A stretch of 64,000 nt of DNA. Origin: a virus. The stretch is from the IMG/VR virus record IMGVR_UViG_3300029305_003036, positions 2,332 through 66,331 of that record; one strand, 5' to 3'. Position 1 is the stretch's first letter; every line of letters begins with the position of its first letter. The translations under genes were made by a program, and so were the position numbers. Of this stretch, positions 39,702 through 50,836 are shown piece by piece. The notes under the pieces were generated by a model. It did no database searches. It saw only the letters and a program-made list of their open reading frames with translations, and was not told the origin of the DNA.

Positions 39702-40444
39702 TGTTAAGACCAGCGATTAATAGCAATATCACAATAAAAGTCATAGAAAACTTTTTAGCAAAATACGATATAAGATTAAGTGAAAGATATAAAACAATTT
39801 TATCAATCCTAATTCCAGGATTGATATATAAAGATGGAAAAATAATTATTATGTCAATGACGATAAACCAAATTAATAAAGTTTTAAAAAGACATAGAGA
39901 CGATATAGATTTCGTCTCTATTCTTTTAGGCTTTGATATAATAACTGACATAGATAAATATGGAGTAATAACAATACCGATAGCAGTCTTATTAAATAAA
40001 GTAACTATTAATAAAGAAGTTGTGTGTGTAAATGGTAAAAATATATTACGTAAGAAAGTATTAACAAATGCTGTTCAGACATTAGCAATGTCTGAACTAT
40101 TATCTCATTTAAATATACCTAAAGGATTATCTATACCTATAATAAGTTTAATATTAGACTTATTCGATGCTGATATAGATAAAGAATTTAAAATGATGAG
40201 TAACAACTCTATGGCGTTCTCTAATGCTAAATTTAGTGATACAAAGAAAATTCTAAGACAAATGGAACTTGATAAAATGATCTTAAATATTATGATCCTT
40301 TCAGTAATTAACTATATTGGATTCAGCATAGGATCTTCATTGTTATTAGTAAATATATTTTCAACAGTAATGGATGTTATACAATGTGAATATAAAATGA
40401 AAACTGCAAAAGGATTCTTAGAACCTCAAAAAAGGAGGAAATAA
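39701..40444 (+). CDS. Hypothetical hydrophobic, possibly membrane, protein
   Basis: Translationally coupled; I/L-rich segments. Confidence 0.55.
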   Translation: MLRPAINSNITIKVIENFLAKYDIRLSERYKTILSILIPGLIYKDGKIIIMSMTINQINKVLKRHRDDIDFVSILLGFDIITDIDKYGVITIPIAVLLNKVTINKEVVCVNGKNILRKKVLTNAVQTLAMSELLSHLNIPKGLSIPIISLILDLFDADIDKEFKMMSNNSMAFSNAKFSDTKKILRQMELDKMILNIMILSVINYIGFSIGSSLLLVNIFSTVMDVIQCEYKMKTAKGFLEPQKRRK

Positions 40445-40447
40445 TAT

Positions 40448-40597
40448 ATGTGTATTCATTCAACAATAATGAAATTTGTTTATATAATAACATTATTATC
40501 ATTTATAGTAGTTTTTATATCAGACTTTATAGAGATAAATTTTAGACATTTAAAGAAAGGTAAAGAAGATAAATCTGATTGTGATTATAAGATGTAA
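40448..40597 (+). CDS. 49-aa single-helix membrane peptide (not in ORF track)
   Basis: AGGAGG RBS; MCIHSTIMKFVYIITLLSFIVVFISDF... Confidence 0.55.
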   Translation: MCIHSTIMKFVYIITLLSFIVVFISDFIEINFRHLKKGKEDKSDCDYKM

Positions 40598-40653
40598 TAA
40601 TAGATATAACAAATATATACGATTAAAATATAAATAAAAGGAGAGATGAGAAT

Positions 40654-40842
40654 ATGTGTAATAAATGTGACGGTGAAATGAAATTAATATCATATAAATG
40701 GGATAACGAAGAAAATTTAATAATATATAGATATAGATGTGACAAATGTAAAGAAGAAAAAACAGAGTGCGGGATATTAAGTGATAGACAACTAAAAGAA
40801 AAATTAGTTAATGAAGAAGCTTATAATAAATTTAGTTTATAA
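40654..40842 (+). CDS. Small zinc-ribbon protein
   Basis: CNKC..CDKC; RBS. Confidence 0.65.
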   Translation: MCNKCDGEMKLISYKWDNEENLIIYRYRCDKCKEEKTECGILSDRQLKEKLVNEEAYNKFSL

Positions 40843-40866
40843 AATATTATATTAGGAGGTAAAGAT

Positions 40867-41319
40867 ATGAGAGTAGAAAATTGGTTAGGAGAAAATAATT
40901 TATTAGGGATAGATATATGGAATAAAAAATATAAATTTGAAAATGAAACATTCGAAGAATGGTTAGATAGAATAAGTAATGGAAATGAAGATATAAGAAG
41001 ATTAATAAAAGAAAAGAAATTCTTATTTGCAGGAAGAATATTAGCAAATAGAGGTTTAGATAAAGTTGGTAAGAAAATAACATATTCAAATTGTTACGTT
41101 ATACCACAAGTGGAAGACAATATAGAATCAATATACGATACATGTTCTAAATTAGCCAGAACTTATAGTTATTCAGGTGGTTGTGGAATAGATATAAGTA
41201 AATTAAGACCTAGAGGAATGAAAGTAAATAACGCATCTAATACAACTACAGGTGCAGTATCATTTATGGATACATTCAGTCAAGTAACAGGAACAATAGG
41301 TCAGAATGGTCGTCGTGGT
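40867..41319 (+). CDS. nrdJ: Class II (B12-dependent) ribonucleotide reductase, exon 1
   Basis: FLFAGRIL, YSNCYV, GGCGIDISKLRPRG, GAVSFM, GQNGRRG. Confidence 0.9.
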
Positions 41320-42231
41320 TAGTTATAGCCACCTTTATACAGTGATGTATAATGTAAAACTCGGTGAACCTATATTTATAGGGTGTGTATTCAACGTTAA
41401 GTAACCATAGGAAATGATGGTGAATGAATATGCTAACAGGGGAAGCCTAAGTCGAAAGATATGGTAATCCTGTGCGAAGTATTTAAAAATTACAATCTTT
41501 CAATGTAATGAGAGGGTGATTAGATTGAGAGATTTAGATTGTTTTAATATAAAGAAAGGTTATTACCAAATATCTGAAGATGGGATGGTTTGGTCAAATA
41601 TTTATAAGAAGTATCTGTCTTGTAAAATAGATAAAGATGGATACCATGATTTATTATTAGTCTGTGAAGATGGTAAGAGAAGACATTTCAGAGTGCATAG
41701 ATTGGTAGCTATGGTTTATTTAGGTAATCCTGATGAACTTCCAGTTGTAATGCATTTAGATAATAATAAGTCAAATAACCATTTTAGTAATTTAAAATGG
41801 GGAACTGTTCAAGAGAATACACAACAAGCATATGACGATGGTTGTTGTTCTTGTAATAGAACAGTTTATTTGTACGACAGAAAAAATAAATATTTGATCA
41901 AGAAATTCAATTCATTATCCGAATTAGCAAGGTATTTTAATTTTGATTCGGGTTATATTACAGCTTTAAGTAAAATAGCTGATGGTAGTAGACCGCAACC
42001 TATTAGAGGTAAATTAGTTAATTATATTATAACATTCGAAAGATTGTAATATTTTAAATAAACGTCAAACGACTATCGAAACCATAGTATAGGAGAAAGA
42101 CCTATATGAATAAGGGAGTAGAGTACACTCAAATGAGTGGAAGTGCCGAGCATCTTATATTTGGTAACAGAATATAAGATGAAGATATAGTCTAGTCCGT
42201 ATTAAATATCTCGAAAGAGACGGTGTAAACG
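41320..42231 (+). mobile_element. Group I intron (IA2-like) in nrdJ
   Basis: P1 GUGGU-UA/UAGCCAC with U.G pair at the splice site; P3 CUCGGU/GCCGAG; P7 GACUA/UAGUC; P8 hairpin; terminal G; splicing restores RRG|ALM. Confidence 0.9.
41516..42049 (+). CDS. Intron-encoded HNH homing endonuclease (NUMOD4-HNH, I-HmuI-like)
   Basis: YQISEDG; VHRLVA..VMHLDNNKSNNHFSNLKWGTVQEN. Confidence 0.9.
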   Translation: MIRLRDLDCFNIKKGYYQISEDGMVWSNIYKKYLSCKIDKDGYHDLLLVCEDGKRRHFRVHRLVAMVYLGNPDELPVVMHLDNNKSNNHFSNLKWGTVQENTQQAYDDGCCSCNRTVYLYDRKNKYLIKKFNSLSELARYFNFDSGYITALSKIADGSRPQPIRGKLVNYIITFERL

Positions 42232-44019
42232 GCGTTAATGATAAGTATAGATTGCTCCCATCCAGATCTTGAAGAATTTATTTCAATTAAGAATGATTTA
42301 ACTAGAGTTACAAAGGCAAATATATCTGTAAGAGTTACAAATGATTTCATGCAAGCAGTTGAAGATGACAGTGATTGGAATTTATATTTTGAAACTGAAC
42401 ATGGAGATAAAATGAATAAAGTAGTTAAAGCAAAAGAAATATATAGAGTATTATGTAAAAACAATTGGAGTTTTGCAGAACCAGGAATATTATTCTGGGA
42501 TAAAATAGAAAAATATAATTTATTAAGCGAAGATCCTGATTTCCATTATGCAGGTGTTAATCCCTGCGCAGAAGAACCGCTTCCTGCAGGTGGAAGTTGT
42601 TTATTAGGTTCAATAAACTTAGCAGCGTATGTTAAGAACGGTCAATTTGATTTCTTCGAGTTTGAAGAAGATATACCTGTTATAGTAAGAGCTATGAATG
42701 AAGTATTGGATCAAGGATTACCTTTACATCCATTACAAGTTCAAAGAGATTCTGTAAGAGATTGGAGACAAATAGGAATAGGAATAATGGGATTAGCTGA
42801 TATGTTAATCAAATTAGAATTAAAATACGATACATTATTAGCACAAGAATTCTGTAATACAATAGGATACGTTATGGCTAATGAAGCTATAAAAGCAAGT
42901 GCATTGTTAGCTAAGGAAGATGGTGCTTATCCTAAGTTTAATAAGGAGAGTGTTTTAGAATCACCATTCTTAATATATAACACAACAGAAGAAACACGTG
43001 CATTAGTAGAACAATATGGGTTAAGAAATAGTCAAATATTAACAATAGCTCCAGCTGGAACATTATCTACAATGTTAGGAATAAGTGGAGGTATTGAACC
43101 AATATTTAGTTTATCATATACAAGAAAAACAGAATATAATGGTGTAGATCAATATCATAAAGTATTTACACCAATAGCAGACGAATATATGAAAGAACAT
43201 GGTTTAACAGAGGAAGAAGAATTACCAAACTTCTTCGTAACAGCTCAAAACATAGATCCGTTCAAACGTGTTGAAATGCAAGGAACATGGCAAAAGCATA
43301 TAGATGCAAGTATATCTTCTACAGTAAACTTACCAAATAGTGCAACTATAGAAGAAGTTGAAGGATTATATATGCACGCTTGGAAACAAGGATTAAAAGG
43401 TATGACAATATTCAGAGATGGTTGTGATAGAGCTGCGATATTATCAACAGGTAAGCCTAAAGAAGAAAATAAAGAAGAAGTTAAAGAAAATAACAATGAA
43501 GTTGCTAGAGGAGTAGTAGTACCTACAAGTGATGATGTTATAGGATTAAAGAAAAAATTATCAGGTGGATGTGGATCTTTACATCTACAAGTGTATTTCG
43601 ATAGAAATACAGGAAAAATGTCAGAAGTATTTATAAATAAAGGAGGAACTGGTGGTTGTAATTCAAATTTAAATGCCTTATCAAGAATGATATCAATAGC
43701 TTTAAGAGCAGGCGTAGATGTGAATGATGTAGCAGATCAATTAGCATCAACTATAAACTGTCCTTCGTTTGCAAGTTCAAGAGCTAAAGGTATAAACTTA
43801 TCACCAGGAACATCTTGTGCAAGTGCAGTAGGTAGAGCATTAATAGATTTAAATAAAGAATTCCAAGTTATGTTCAAAGCAATGAAACAAGTAGAAGAAG
43901 ACATGGAAGAAGATGAACTAATGGGATTAGAAATATGTCCTGAATGTGGTGCTAAAGCATTAGAGATGTCCGGAGGATGTCAAGTTTGTAAAGAATGTGG
44001 AATGAGTAAATGTGATTAA
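42232..44019 (+). CDS. nrdJ: Class II ribonucleotide reductase, exon 2, with C-terminal TSCPD-like and zinc-ribbon domains
   Basis: EPGILF, NPCAEEPL, CLLGSINL, TIAPAGT, SISSTVN, CPECG..CKECG. Confidence 0.9.
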   Translation, partial: ALMISIDCSHPDLEEFISIKNDLTRVTKANISVRVTNDFMQAVEDDSDWNLYFETEHGDKMNKVVKAKEIYRVLCKNNWSFAEPGILFWDKIEKYNLLSEDPDFHYAGVNPCAEEPLPAGGSCLLGSINLAAYVKNGQFDFFEFEEDIPVIVRAMNEVLDQGLPLHPLQVQRDSVRDWRQIGIGIMGLADMLIKLELKYDTLLAQEFCNTIGYVMANEAIKASALLAKEDGAYPKFNKESVLESPFLIYNTTEETRALVEQYGLRNSQILTIAPAGTLSTMLGISGGIEPIFSLSYTRKTEYNGVDQYHKVFTPIADEYMKEHGLTEEEELPNFFVTAQNIDPFKRVEMQGTWQKHIDASISSTVNLPNSATIEEVEGLYMHAWKQGLKGMTIFRDGCDRAAILSTGKPKEENKEEVKENNNEVARGVVVPTSDDVIGLKKKLSGGCGSLHLQVYFDRNTGKMSEVFINKGGTGGCNSNLNALSRMISIALRAGVDVNDVADQLASTINCPSFASSRAKGINLSPGTSCASAVGRALIDLNKEFQVMFKAMKQVEEDMEEDELMGLEICPECGAKALEMSGGCQVCKECGMSKCD

Positions 44020-44136
44020 TGAAAAAGAGAAGGTTTTATCCTTCTCTTTTTTTATAAAAAGGAGATAAATATAAAAGTACGATAAATTTACAACAATTAT
44101 TTACCACAAAAAATAAAGAAAGAGGGAGATGTTAAA

Positions 44137-46267
44137 ATGGTTAAAAGAGTTATAAAAAGAGATGGAAAAATAGAAGCATTTGAAATAGGGAAAATAGTTA
44201 AAGCAATATCAAAAGCATGTAATGACGGATTATTAATAATTCATGATGAAGATTTATTATATGATATGATAAGAATGAATTTATTTAACAGTGAAGAAGA
44301 ATTGACAGTTGAAGAATTACACGATGTTGTAATTCATTGTTTAATCGAACATGGAGAAAAAGAAGTAGCTGATAAATATAAAAACTATAGAATGGAACGT
44401 AATAAGATAAGAGAAAAGAAGTCAAACATAATGAGAACTATAATAGAGTTAGGAAAAGAAACTGATAGGGATAATGGTAATGTGGGAAATAACTTCTCTG
44501 CTAAATTATTAAGAATAGCAAGTGAAGCCAACAAATGGGCTATGTTAGCATTTATGGATAAAGAGATGGCTAAATATCATGAAAATGGAGATTACCATAT
44601 ACATGATTTAGATAGTTTTAATTTAGCAGTAAACTGTTTACATTTACCAATGGAAAAATTATTAAAAAATGGATTTAATACAGGATATGGAACATTGAAT
44701 AGTCCTAAGAGAATAGAATCTGCAGCAATGTTATCTTGTATAATGTTACAAAGTGCACAAAATGATCAATTTGGTGGAGTTGCTTTACCAGATTTTGATA
44801 TAACAATGGCTCCATATGTAGAATTAACTAGAGAAGAAGAAAGAAGATTTTTTATAGAAGCTGGAATGGAAATAGATGAAAAATATATTGAAAATAGAAC
44901 TAAATATAGAGTAGACCAGGCAATGCAATCTATAATATGCAACTTAAACACAATGCATTCTAGAGCAGGTTCTCAAGTACCATTTAGTTCGTTAAATATA
45001 GGAATACCTAGAGGTAAAAAATGAACAAGAAGAAAAAGATTCAGCTTTAATATGTGAATCTATAATAAAAGCATATATGAATGGTATGGGTAAAAATGAA
45101 GCATGCATCTTTCCTAATATAATATTTAGAACCAAAGAGGGTGTAAACTTAAATCCTGGTGATAAATATTATTATTTATTCGAACTTGCATGCGAATCAG
45201 CAGCAAAACGTATGAATCCAACATTTTGTAGCTTAGATGCAGATATAAATTTACCTTTCTATGAAAAAGGGGTTTTAATAGATATTATGGGATGCCGTAC
45301 ACGTGTAGCGGATAACATTAATGGAGAAGAAACTCCAATAGGAAGAGGTAATATTGCACCAGTAACTCTTAATCTAGTTAGATTAGCGATAAAAGCTGGT
45401 AGAGGAAATATAAATAAATTCTTCGATTTATTATCAGAAATGTTAGTAGATGCTGAAAAGAATTTAATGTATAGATACGACGTGTTAAAAAGATTAAAAG
45501 TTTCAGATTTACCTTTTAATGCAGGACAACATTTAATGGTTGGGTCTGAAGGTTTATCAAATGGAGATTCTATAGAACCTTTATTAAAACAGGGATCATG
45601 GGCTATAGGATTCTTAGGATTAGCTGAGTGTTTAACAATGTTAACTGGCAAACATCACGGAGAGTCAGAAGAGTCTTTAGAATTAGGATTAGCAATAGTC
45701 AAACATATAAGAGAATATTGTGATGGAGCTAAAAAAAGACGACAATTAAACTTCTCTTGTTATGCTACACCAAGTGAAGGATTATCAGGAAGATTTCCTG
45801 CTATAGATAGAGCTAGATATGGAGTAATAAAAGGAGTAACTGACAAAGATTATTACACAAACAGTTGTCATATACCAGTAGGATTTAATATATCTATGAA
45901 AGAAAAAATGGAAATAGAAGCGATGTTCCAACCATTATGTAATGGAGGTCATATAGCATATATTGAATTGGACACATATCCTACAGGAAAACAAATAGAA
46001 AAAATAGTATCAACAACATTTAAACATAATAAAGGTTTAGATTATATGGCAGTTAATTTCCATATTAAATATTGTAAAAAATGTGGAGAATATTTAGAAG
46101 ATTATGAAGATATATGTAAATGTGGGTGTGAAGACATACAAGGTATATCTAGAATAACAGGATATCTTGCATTGGATGAAAGATTTGGTAAAGGTAAATC
46201 AGCAGAAAGAAAAGACAGAGTATCACATGAGAACGGAAATAGAGTTTATAAGAGTTTAGATAGATAG
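44137..46267 (+). CDS. nrdD: Anaerobic (class III) ribonucleotide reductase, interrupted by a +1 frameshift at the A6 run 45016-45021
   Basis: ATP cone VIKRDG; YHIHDLD; NLNTMHSRAGSQVPFSS; MGCRT; RITGYL; removing one A joins the two ORFs. Confidence 0.88.
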
Positions 46268-46308
46268 GGATTTCCCCTATCTATTATTTTTATTAAGGAG
46301 AGGATTTC

Positions 46309-46788
46309 ATGCAAATAAGATTAGCTGGTATAATAGAAAATAGTTTAAATAATGGAACTGGAATACGAAAGGTGATATTTGCTCAAGGGTGTAAACATAA
46401 TTGCCCAGGGTGTTTTAATCCTCATACACATGATTTGAATGGAGGAGAATTATTTAATATAAACGAGATCGCTAAAAAATGTAATGACGATTATTTTATA
46501 GATGGTGTTACATTTAGTGGAGGAGATCCTTTTGAACAACCTAAAGAATTTGCTGAATTGGCTAAATTAATCAAAACTAATATATGGTGTTTTACGGGCT
46601 ATACATTTGAACAACTGCTGTCAATGCCTGAAAAAATATGCTTGTTAGAACAAATAGATATTCTAGTAGATGGACGATTTGATTTAAATAAAACTGAAGG
46701 AGAGCACAAGTACAGAGGTTCTTATAATCAACGAATAATAGACGTTAAGAAAAGCTTGAAAGAAAATAAAATAATATTATATTTATAG
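46309..46788 (+). CDS. nrdG: Anaerobic RNR activase (radical SAM)
   Basis: GCKHNCPGCFN; SGGDP; RGSYNQR. Confidence 0.92.
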   Translation: MQIRLAGIIENSLNNGTGIRKVIFAQGCKHNCPGCFNPHTHDLNGGELFNINEIAKKCNDDYFIDGVTFSGGDPFEQPKEFAELAKLIKTNIWCFTGYTFEQLLSMPEKICLLEQIDILVDGRFDLNKTEGEHKYRGSYNQRIIDVKKSLKENKIILYL

Positions 46789-46799
46789 GAGGTATTATA

Positions 46800-48041
46800 A
46801 TGAAAAAATCTTTTTTTAAAAAATATAAACATGTAATGAATCAATATGGTCAACATGAAAGACTAATGGTAAATTATATAAAACAAGAAGCTATAAACCA
46901 TGGATTTGTAGAATATAAAGATTATTGTAATTATAAACAAGGTGATAAAATATTCTATGTATTTAGAGATAAACTTATAATCTTAATGAAATTAGGATTA
47001 GATTTCAAAGGTGCTAATATGATAGTTAGCCATTTAGACAGTCCTAGATTAGATGTGATAACAGGTAATCCGTTAGTAGACAAAGAAGATGGGTTATTCT
47101 TAAAAGTAATACCATTTGGTGGAATTATACAACAAAGCTGGTTAGATAGACCGTTAGCTTTAGTTGGTAGAGTTGAGGATAAAGATGGGAATGTTGTAAA
47201 TATTAATACAAAAGAAGAATATAATTTTGTTATATCAAGTTTATTACCACATCTTGATGGTAGAAAAGAAATGAAGGAAATGAAATATGATAAATTATTA
47301 GTAAGAATTAGTAATAACAAAGAGAACGTTTTAAAAGTTTTACAAGAAAAATATAATCTCGCAGATAACTTTTTAGAATTTGCAGATTTAAGTTTTGTAC
47401 CTAGTGATGGTGTAAAAGAAATAGGTTTTGATAGAGAATTATTAGCAGGTTATGGTCATGATGATAAATGTTGTGCTTATGCTGAACTAAGAGCATTCTT
47501 TGATGCTGAACTAAAAGATATGTCACAAGTTGCAATATTTGCTTCATATGAAGAAACGGGAAGTAGACAATCAACTGGTTGCCAAAGTGATGTTATAGAA
47601 GATTTCTTTGTAGATGTCATGCAAAGTGTTAGAACTGAAAGAGCATTTATGAGAAATTCTTTTATGATATCTGCAGATGTTTGTGCAGGATACGAACATC
47701 AATATTCAAGTCATTTTGAAGATTCTGCGAAAGCAGTAGTTGGAAAAGGAACTGCAGTAGTTCCTTATCTAGGAAGAAAATCAGGAAATGATAGTAGTTT
47801 TGAAATAAGAAAATTTATAAAAGATTTATTAGTTGAAAATAAAATAGACTATTCTATAGAAACTACAAAAGTATCAGAAGGTGGTGGAGGTACAGTATCT
47901 TCATTCTTCGCAGTAAAAGGTTGCGAAATAATAGATGTAGGTATACCTGTATTGGCAATGCATTCACCACAAGAAATGATATCTAAACATGATTTATATG
48001 AAACATATAGATTATATAAAGTATTCTATGAAAGCAGATAG
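46800..48041 (+). CDS. M18-family aminopeptidase
   Basis: SHLDSPRLD; GHDDKCC; EETGS; ISADV; LAMHSPQE. Confidence 0.85.
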   Translation: MKKSFFKKYKHVMNQYGQHERLMVNYIKQEAINHGFVEYKDYCNYKQGDKIFYVFRDKLIILMKLGLDFKGANMIVSHLDSPRLDVITGNPLVDKEDGLFLKVIPFGGIIQQSWLDRPLALVGRVEDKDGNVVNINTKEEYNFVISSLLPHLDGRKEMKEMKYDKLLVRISNNKENVLKVLQEKYNLADNFLEFADLSFVPSDGVKEIGFDRELLAGYGHDDKCCAYAELRAFFDAELKDMSQVAIFASYEETGSRQSTGCQSDVIEDFFVDVMQSVRTERAFMRNSFMISADVCAGYEHQYSSHFEDSAKAVVGKGTAVVPYLGRKSGNDSSFEIRKFIKDLLVENKIDYSIETTKVSEGGGGTVSSFFAVKGCEIIDVGIPVLAMHSPQEMISKHDLYETYRLYKVFYESR

Positions 48042-48073
48042 TGGATTATTCCACTATCTGTAATTTATACGAG

Positions 48074-48091
48074 TTTCAATGCTATATTATA
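48074..48091 (+). promoter_or_regulatory. Early promoter (core only)
   Basis: TTTCAATGCTATATTATA, identical to 37663-37680. Confidence 0.65.
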
Positions 48092-48133
48092 TAAGTGATA
48101 AAACTATATTAATTATAAGGAGATTGATTTAAA

Positions 48134-48754
48134 TTGGAAATGTTTAAAAGAGTTATGCTTACAATAATAGGAGGAGCTATAACAGCATTCGGTATAGCTT
48201 CTTTAATCAATTCAGGATTAGGTTGCTTTGGAATCACAGCAGCTTATTTAGGTTTATCAGAATTATTAGGAATACCTTTCAGTGCAATCAGTTTAATAAT
48301 AGAAGGTTCAATGTTGTTATATGTATGCTATAAAGGTGAAGGTATAGGTTTGTCGTCTATATTAGCATGTTCATATGTTAGCATTTTAATAGATATATTT
48401 AAAGTAGTATTACCAACACATCCATTAATGATAATATTTGGTATATGTACAATGATAGGTTGGGCTATAACTGCTATAGGTGAATTAGGTGAAGGTGCAA
48501 CACAAATGCTTACAACAGTTATAGTTAAAGATACAGGTAAATCAGTTGCAATGATAAGAACTATAATAGAAGCATTATATTTTGTAGTTGCTATATTAAC
48601 AGCTTGGGAGCATTTATCATTATTAACAGTGATATTAGTATTTGCTACAGGTAAAATATTATCAGTATTCTACAAGTTATTTAAGTATGATCCTGTGACA
48701 GTAAATCATAGTTATCTAATAAAAATAAAAAGAAAAAATATAGGAGGGAATTAA
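48134..48754 (+). CDS. YczE/YitT-like multipass membrane protein
   Basis: IIGGAITAFGIASLINSGLG; two hydrophobic repeats. Confidence 0.7.
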   Translation: MEMFKRVMLTIIGGAITAFGIASLINSGLGCFGITAAYLGLSELLGIPFSAISLIIEGSMLLYVCYKGEGIGLSSILACSYVSILIDIFKVVLPTHPLMIIFGICTMIGWAITAIGELGEGATQMLTTVIVKDTGKSVAMIRTIIEALYFVVAILTAWEHLSLLTVILVFATGKILSVFYKLFKYDPVTVNHSYLIKIKRKNIGGN

Positions 48755-48755
48755 T

Positions 48756-48986
48756 ATGGAACCTATTACAGCTTTAACAATTTCAACAGTAGCAGTTACA
48801 GGAAGTATAATAACAGGTTTATCATTATATTTCTGGAAACAAGAAAAGAAAGCTTGGAATAAAGGTAAATGTCCACATTGCAATAAACAATGGGAATTTA
48901 TAGGATTTGATGAACAGACAGACAATAGATTATATTCGTGTGGTAAACATATATGTGAAATATCATATAATAATATAGATAAGTAA
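48756..48986 (+). CDS. Small membrane-anchored zinc-finger protein
   Basis: Hydrophobic helix then WNKGKCPHC..CGKH. Confidence 0.6.
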   Translation: MEPITALTISTVAVTGSIITGLSLYFWKQEKKAWNKGKCPHCNKQWEFIGFDEQTDNRLYSCGKHICEISYNNIDK

Positions 48987-49014
48987 AAAAATAAAATAAA
49001 ATAAATAATGAGGG

Positions 49015-49806
49015 GTGTTAATTATGATGAGAGTTAGTTATGTAGAACCTTTAGAAAGATTTGTATTAAAAGATAAAAATGGTATAGATAGAAGATTAAA
49101 ATTATATTACAAAAATGGCAATTTATATCTTGGTGGGGTTCAAGCATTATTTAACAGACATTATGTATGTAAAGATAAAAATAGAATAGAATTCACATCT
49201 AAATTAACAAAGAGATATACAGAGTTAATGCATATAGCAACAATATTTGAAAAGATAGACAAACACAAAGTTTATAGTAACTTTACAAAAGAAATGTTAA
49301 AAGAAGCATTATATGCTAAAGGTTATACAGATGAAGATTTTACATTAAAGGATAAATTATACACATGTGCAAGAGAAAACTTTATAGAATACGGATTCAA
49401 TAGTATGAATTTCTGTTTAGATAGAAGAGATGATATATGGGTTCATTATAAAGAATATGAAGAAACTAAACAATATAACGAGATAGTTAAGAATCTACCA
49501 GTAGAGCTTCTTAGAACATTTGAAAGAGATTATAGTAAAATGGTTAGATTTATAAGATATGCTGAAGTTAAAGATAATGAAGTGCGTTGCTTTGCTTTAA
49601 AATCAATCAATATAACAAAATTATACAGATGGTTATCTGATAATAAAGTATTACATTCAATAAATTATGTATCAGATATATATCATGAAACATTAAGAGA
49701 ATTGGATTTTACAGAAGTTGATAAAGATAACACATATGTAAAAGTTATAGCAACAAGTGAAGGTGTAATATTAAAACCAAAAACTGAATTAGGTTATAAT
49801 TGTTAA
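49015..49806 (+). CDS. Hypothetical protein
   Basis: 263-aa ORF; start uncertain. Confidence 0.6.
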   Translation: MLIMMRVSYVEPLERFVLKDKNGIDRRLKLYYKNGNLYLGGVQALFNRHYVCKDKNRIEFTSKLTKRYTELMHIATIFEKIDKHKVYSNFTKEMLKEALYAKGYTDEDFTLKDKLYTCARENFIEYGFNSMNFCLDRRDDIWVHYKEYEETKQYNEIVKNLPVELLRTFERDYSKMVRFIRYAEVKDNEVRCFALKSINITKLYRWLSDNKVLHSINYVSDIYHETLRELDFTEVDKDNTYVKVIATSEGVILKPKTELGYNC

Positions 49807-49846
49807 TTATAATAAATAAAATTAAAATAATTGGAGGTAAGATAAT

Positions 49847-50761
49847 ATGATGAATTTAAATTTAAAAGATGTTTTAGAATGTAAAAGAATAATGACATAT
49901 GGAAACGTATTCATAGAGTATACAACAGGATTAGATGTTGTGTATGTAAACCCACAAGACGTCTTATATGTTATACAAAATGTTCATAGTGAATTTGGAT
50001 ATGTACAAACAATGGAAGATTTAGTTTATCTATTAGATAAACATGGTTGTTTAAGTAAAGCGATGACAGCTTACGATCATGTCATAATAGCAAACTATTT
50101 ATATGAAAATCATATAAATATAGATACGGTTATAAAATTAGCTGATAAAGTTAAATGTAATAAGTTTAAGCAATTCTTAGTTGAAGCTAAAAATATCATA
50201 AATAATTATGGGGTGTATGTTCCAGAACCAAAAATGAAACATTATGACAAGAGAGCTAATAATGAAAAGAACTTAGCAACGACATTTGATTTAAGTGCTT
50301 TATCAGATGGTGCTTATAGATTAGGTGTATATGAAGATAGTCTTTATCTTGATGTAGCAAATGCTATATCGCATATAGTATTTAATAACGATTTAGAATC
50401 AATAAGATTTAATCTAGGTATGATGTATGAAGATTATTTAAGTGATTTTATAACGGATTTTGAATATGATATGCTTGCATATTGTTCTAAAGTTGCATCG
50501 TATATATTAAAATATTCAGATGTAGGTGTTTATGGAATAGAAATATTAACAAGAGGAGCTTTAGATGTAGCCTTAAGAGATTTTAATAAATCAGATTATA
50601 AGCGTAGTGTTACAACAAATAATAATGTGGTTGAAAGTATATTTGATAGAGCTATGTATAATATAAATAAAAATGAATTAGAGTACGATGAAAATGACGT
50701 AATGTATAAAACTAAACATATGACAGATAAAGAAATTGAAGATTTTAAAAAATATTTATAG
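49847..50761 (+). CDS. Hypothetical protein, N-terminus weakly Bro-N/antirepressor-like
   Basis: KFKQFLVEAKNIINNYGVY resembles the end of Bro-N domains. Confidence 0.45.
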   Translation: MMNLNLKDVLECKRIMTYGNVFIEYTTGLDVVYVNPQDVLYVIQNVHSEFGYVQTMEDLVYLLDKHGCLSKAMTAYDHVIIANYLYENHINIDTVIKLADKVKCNKFKQFLVEAKNIINNYGVYVPEPKMKHYDKRANNEKNLATTFDLSALSDGAYRLGVYEDSLYLDVANAISHIVFNNDLESIRFNLGMMYEDYLSDFITDFEYDMLAYCSKVASYILKYSDVGVYGIEILTRGALDVALRDFNKSDYKRSVTTNNNVVESIFDRAMYNINKNELEYDENDVMYKTKHMTDKEIEDFKKYL

Positions 50762-50836
50762 GAATTAAGCTCCTTGAAGGAGCTTAATTTTTTTCTAAAA
50801 AACAATAATATATATCATTTTGAAAGGAGAAAAGAT

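Noticed and set aside
40867-44019. nrdJ as two genes, a pseudogene or intein-split
   Set aside because: A group I intron core and precise in-frame junctions explain the break; the insert is not in frame with the exons
50774-50836. ORF-track start at TTG 50774
   Set aside because: It lies inside a terminator hairpin upstream of the promoter; the RBS and paralogy support ATG 50837
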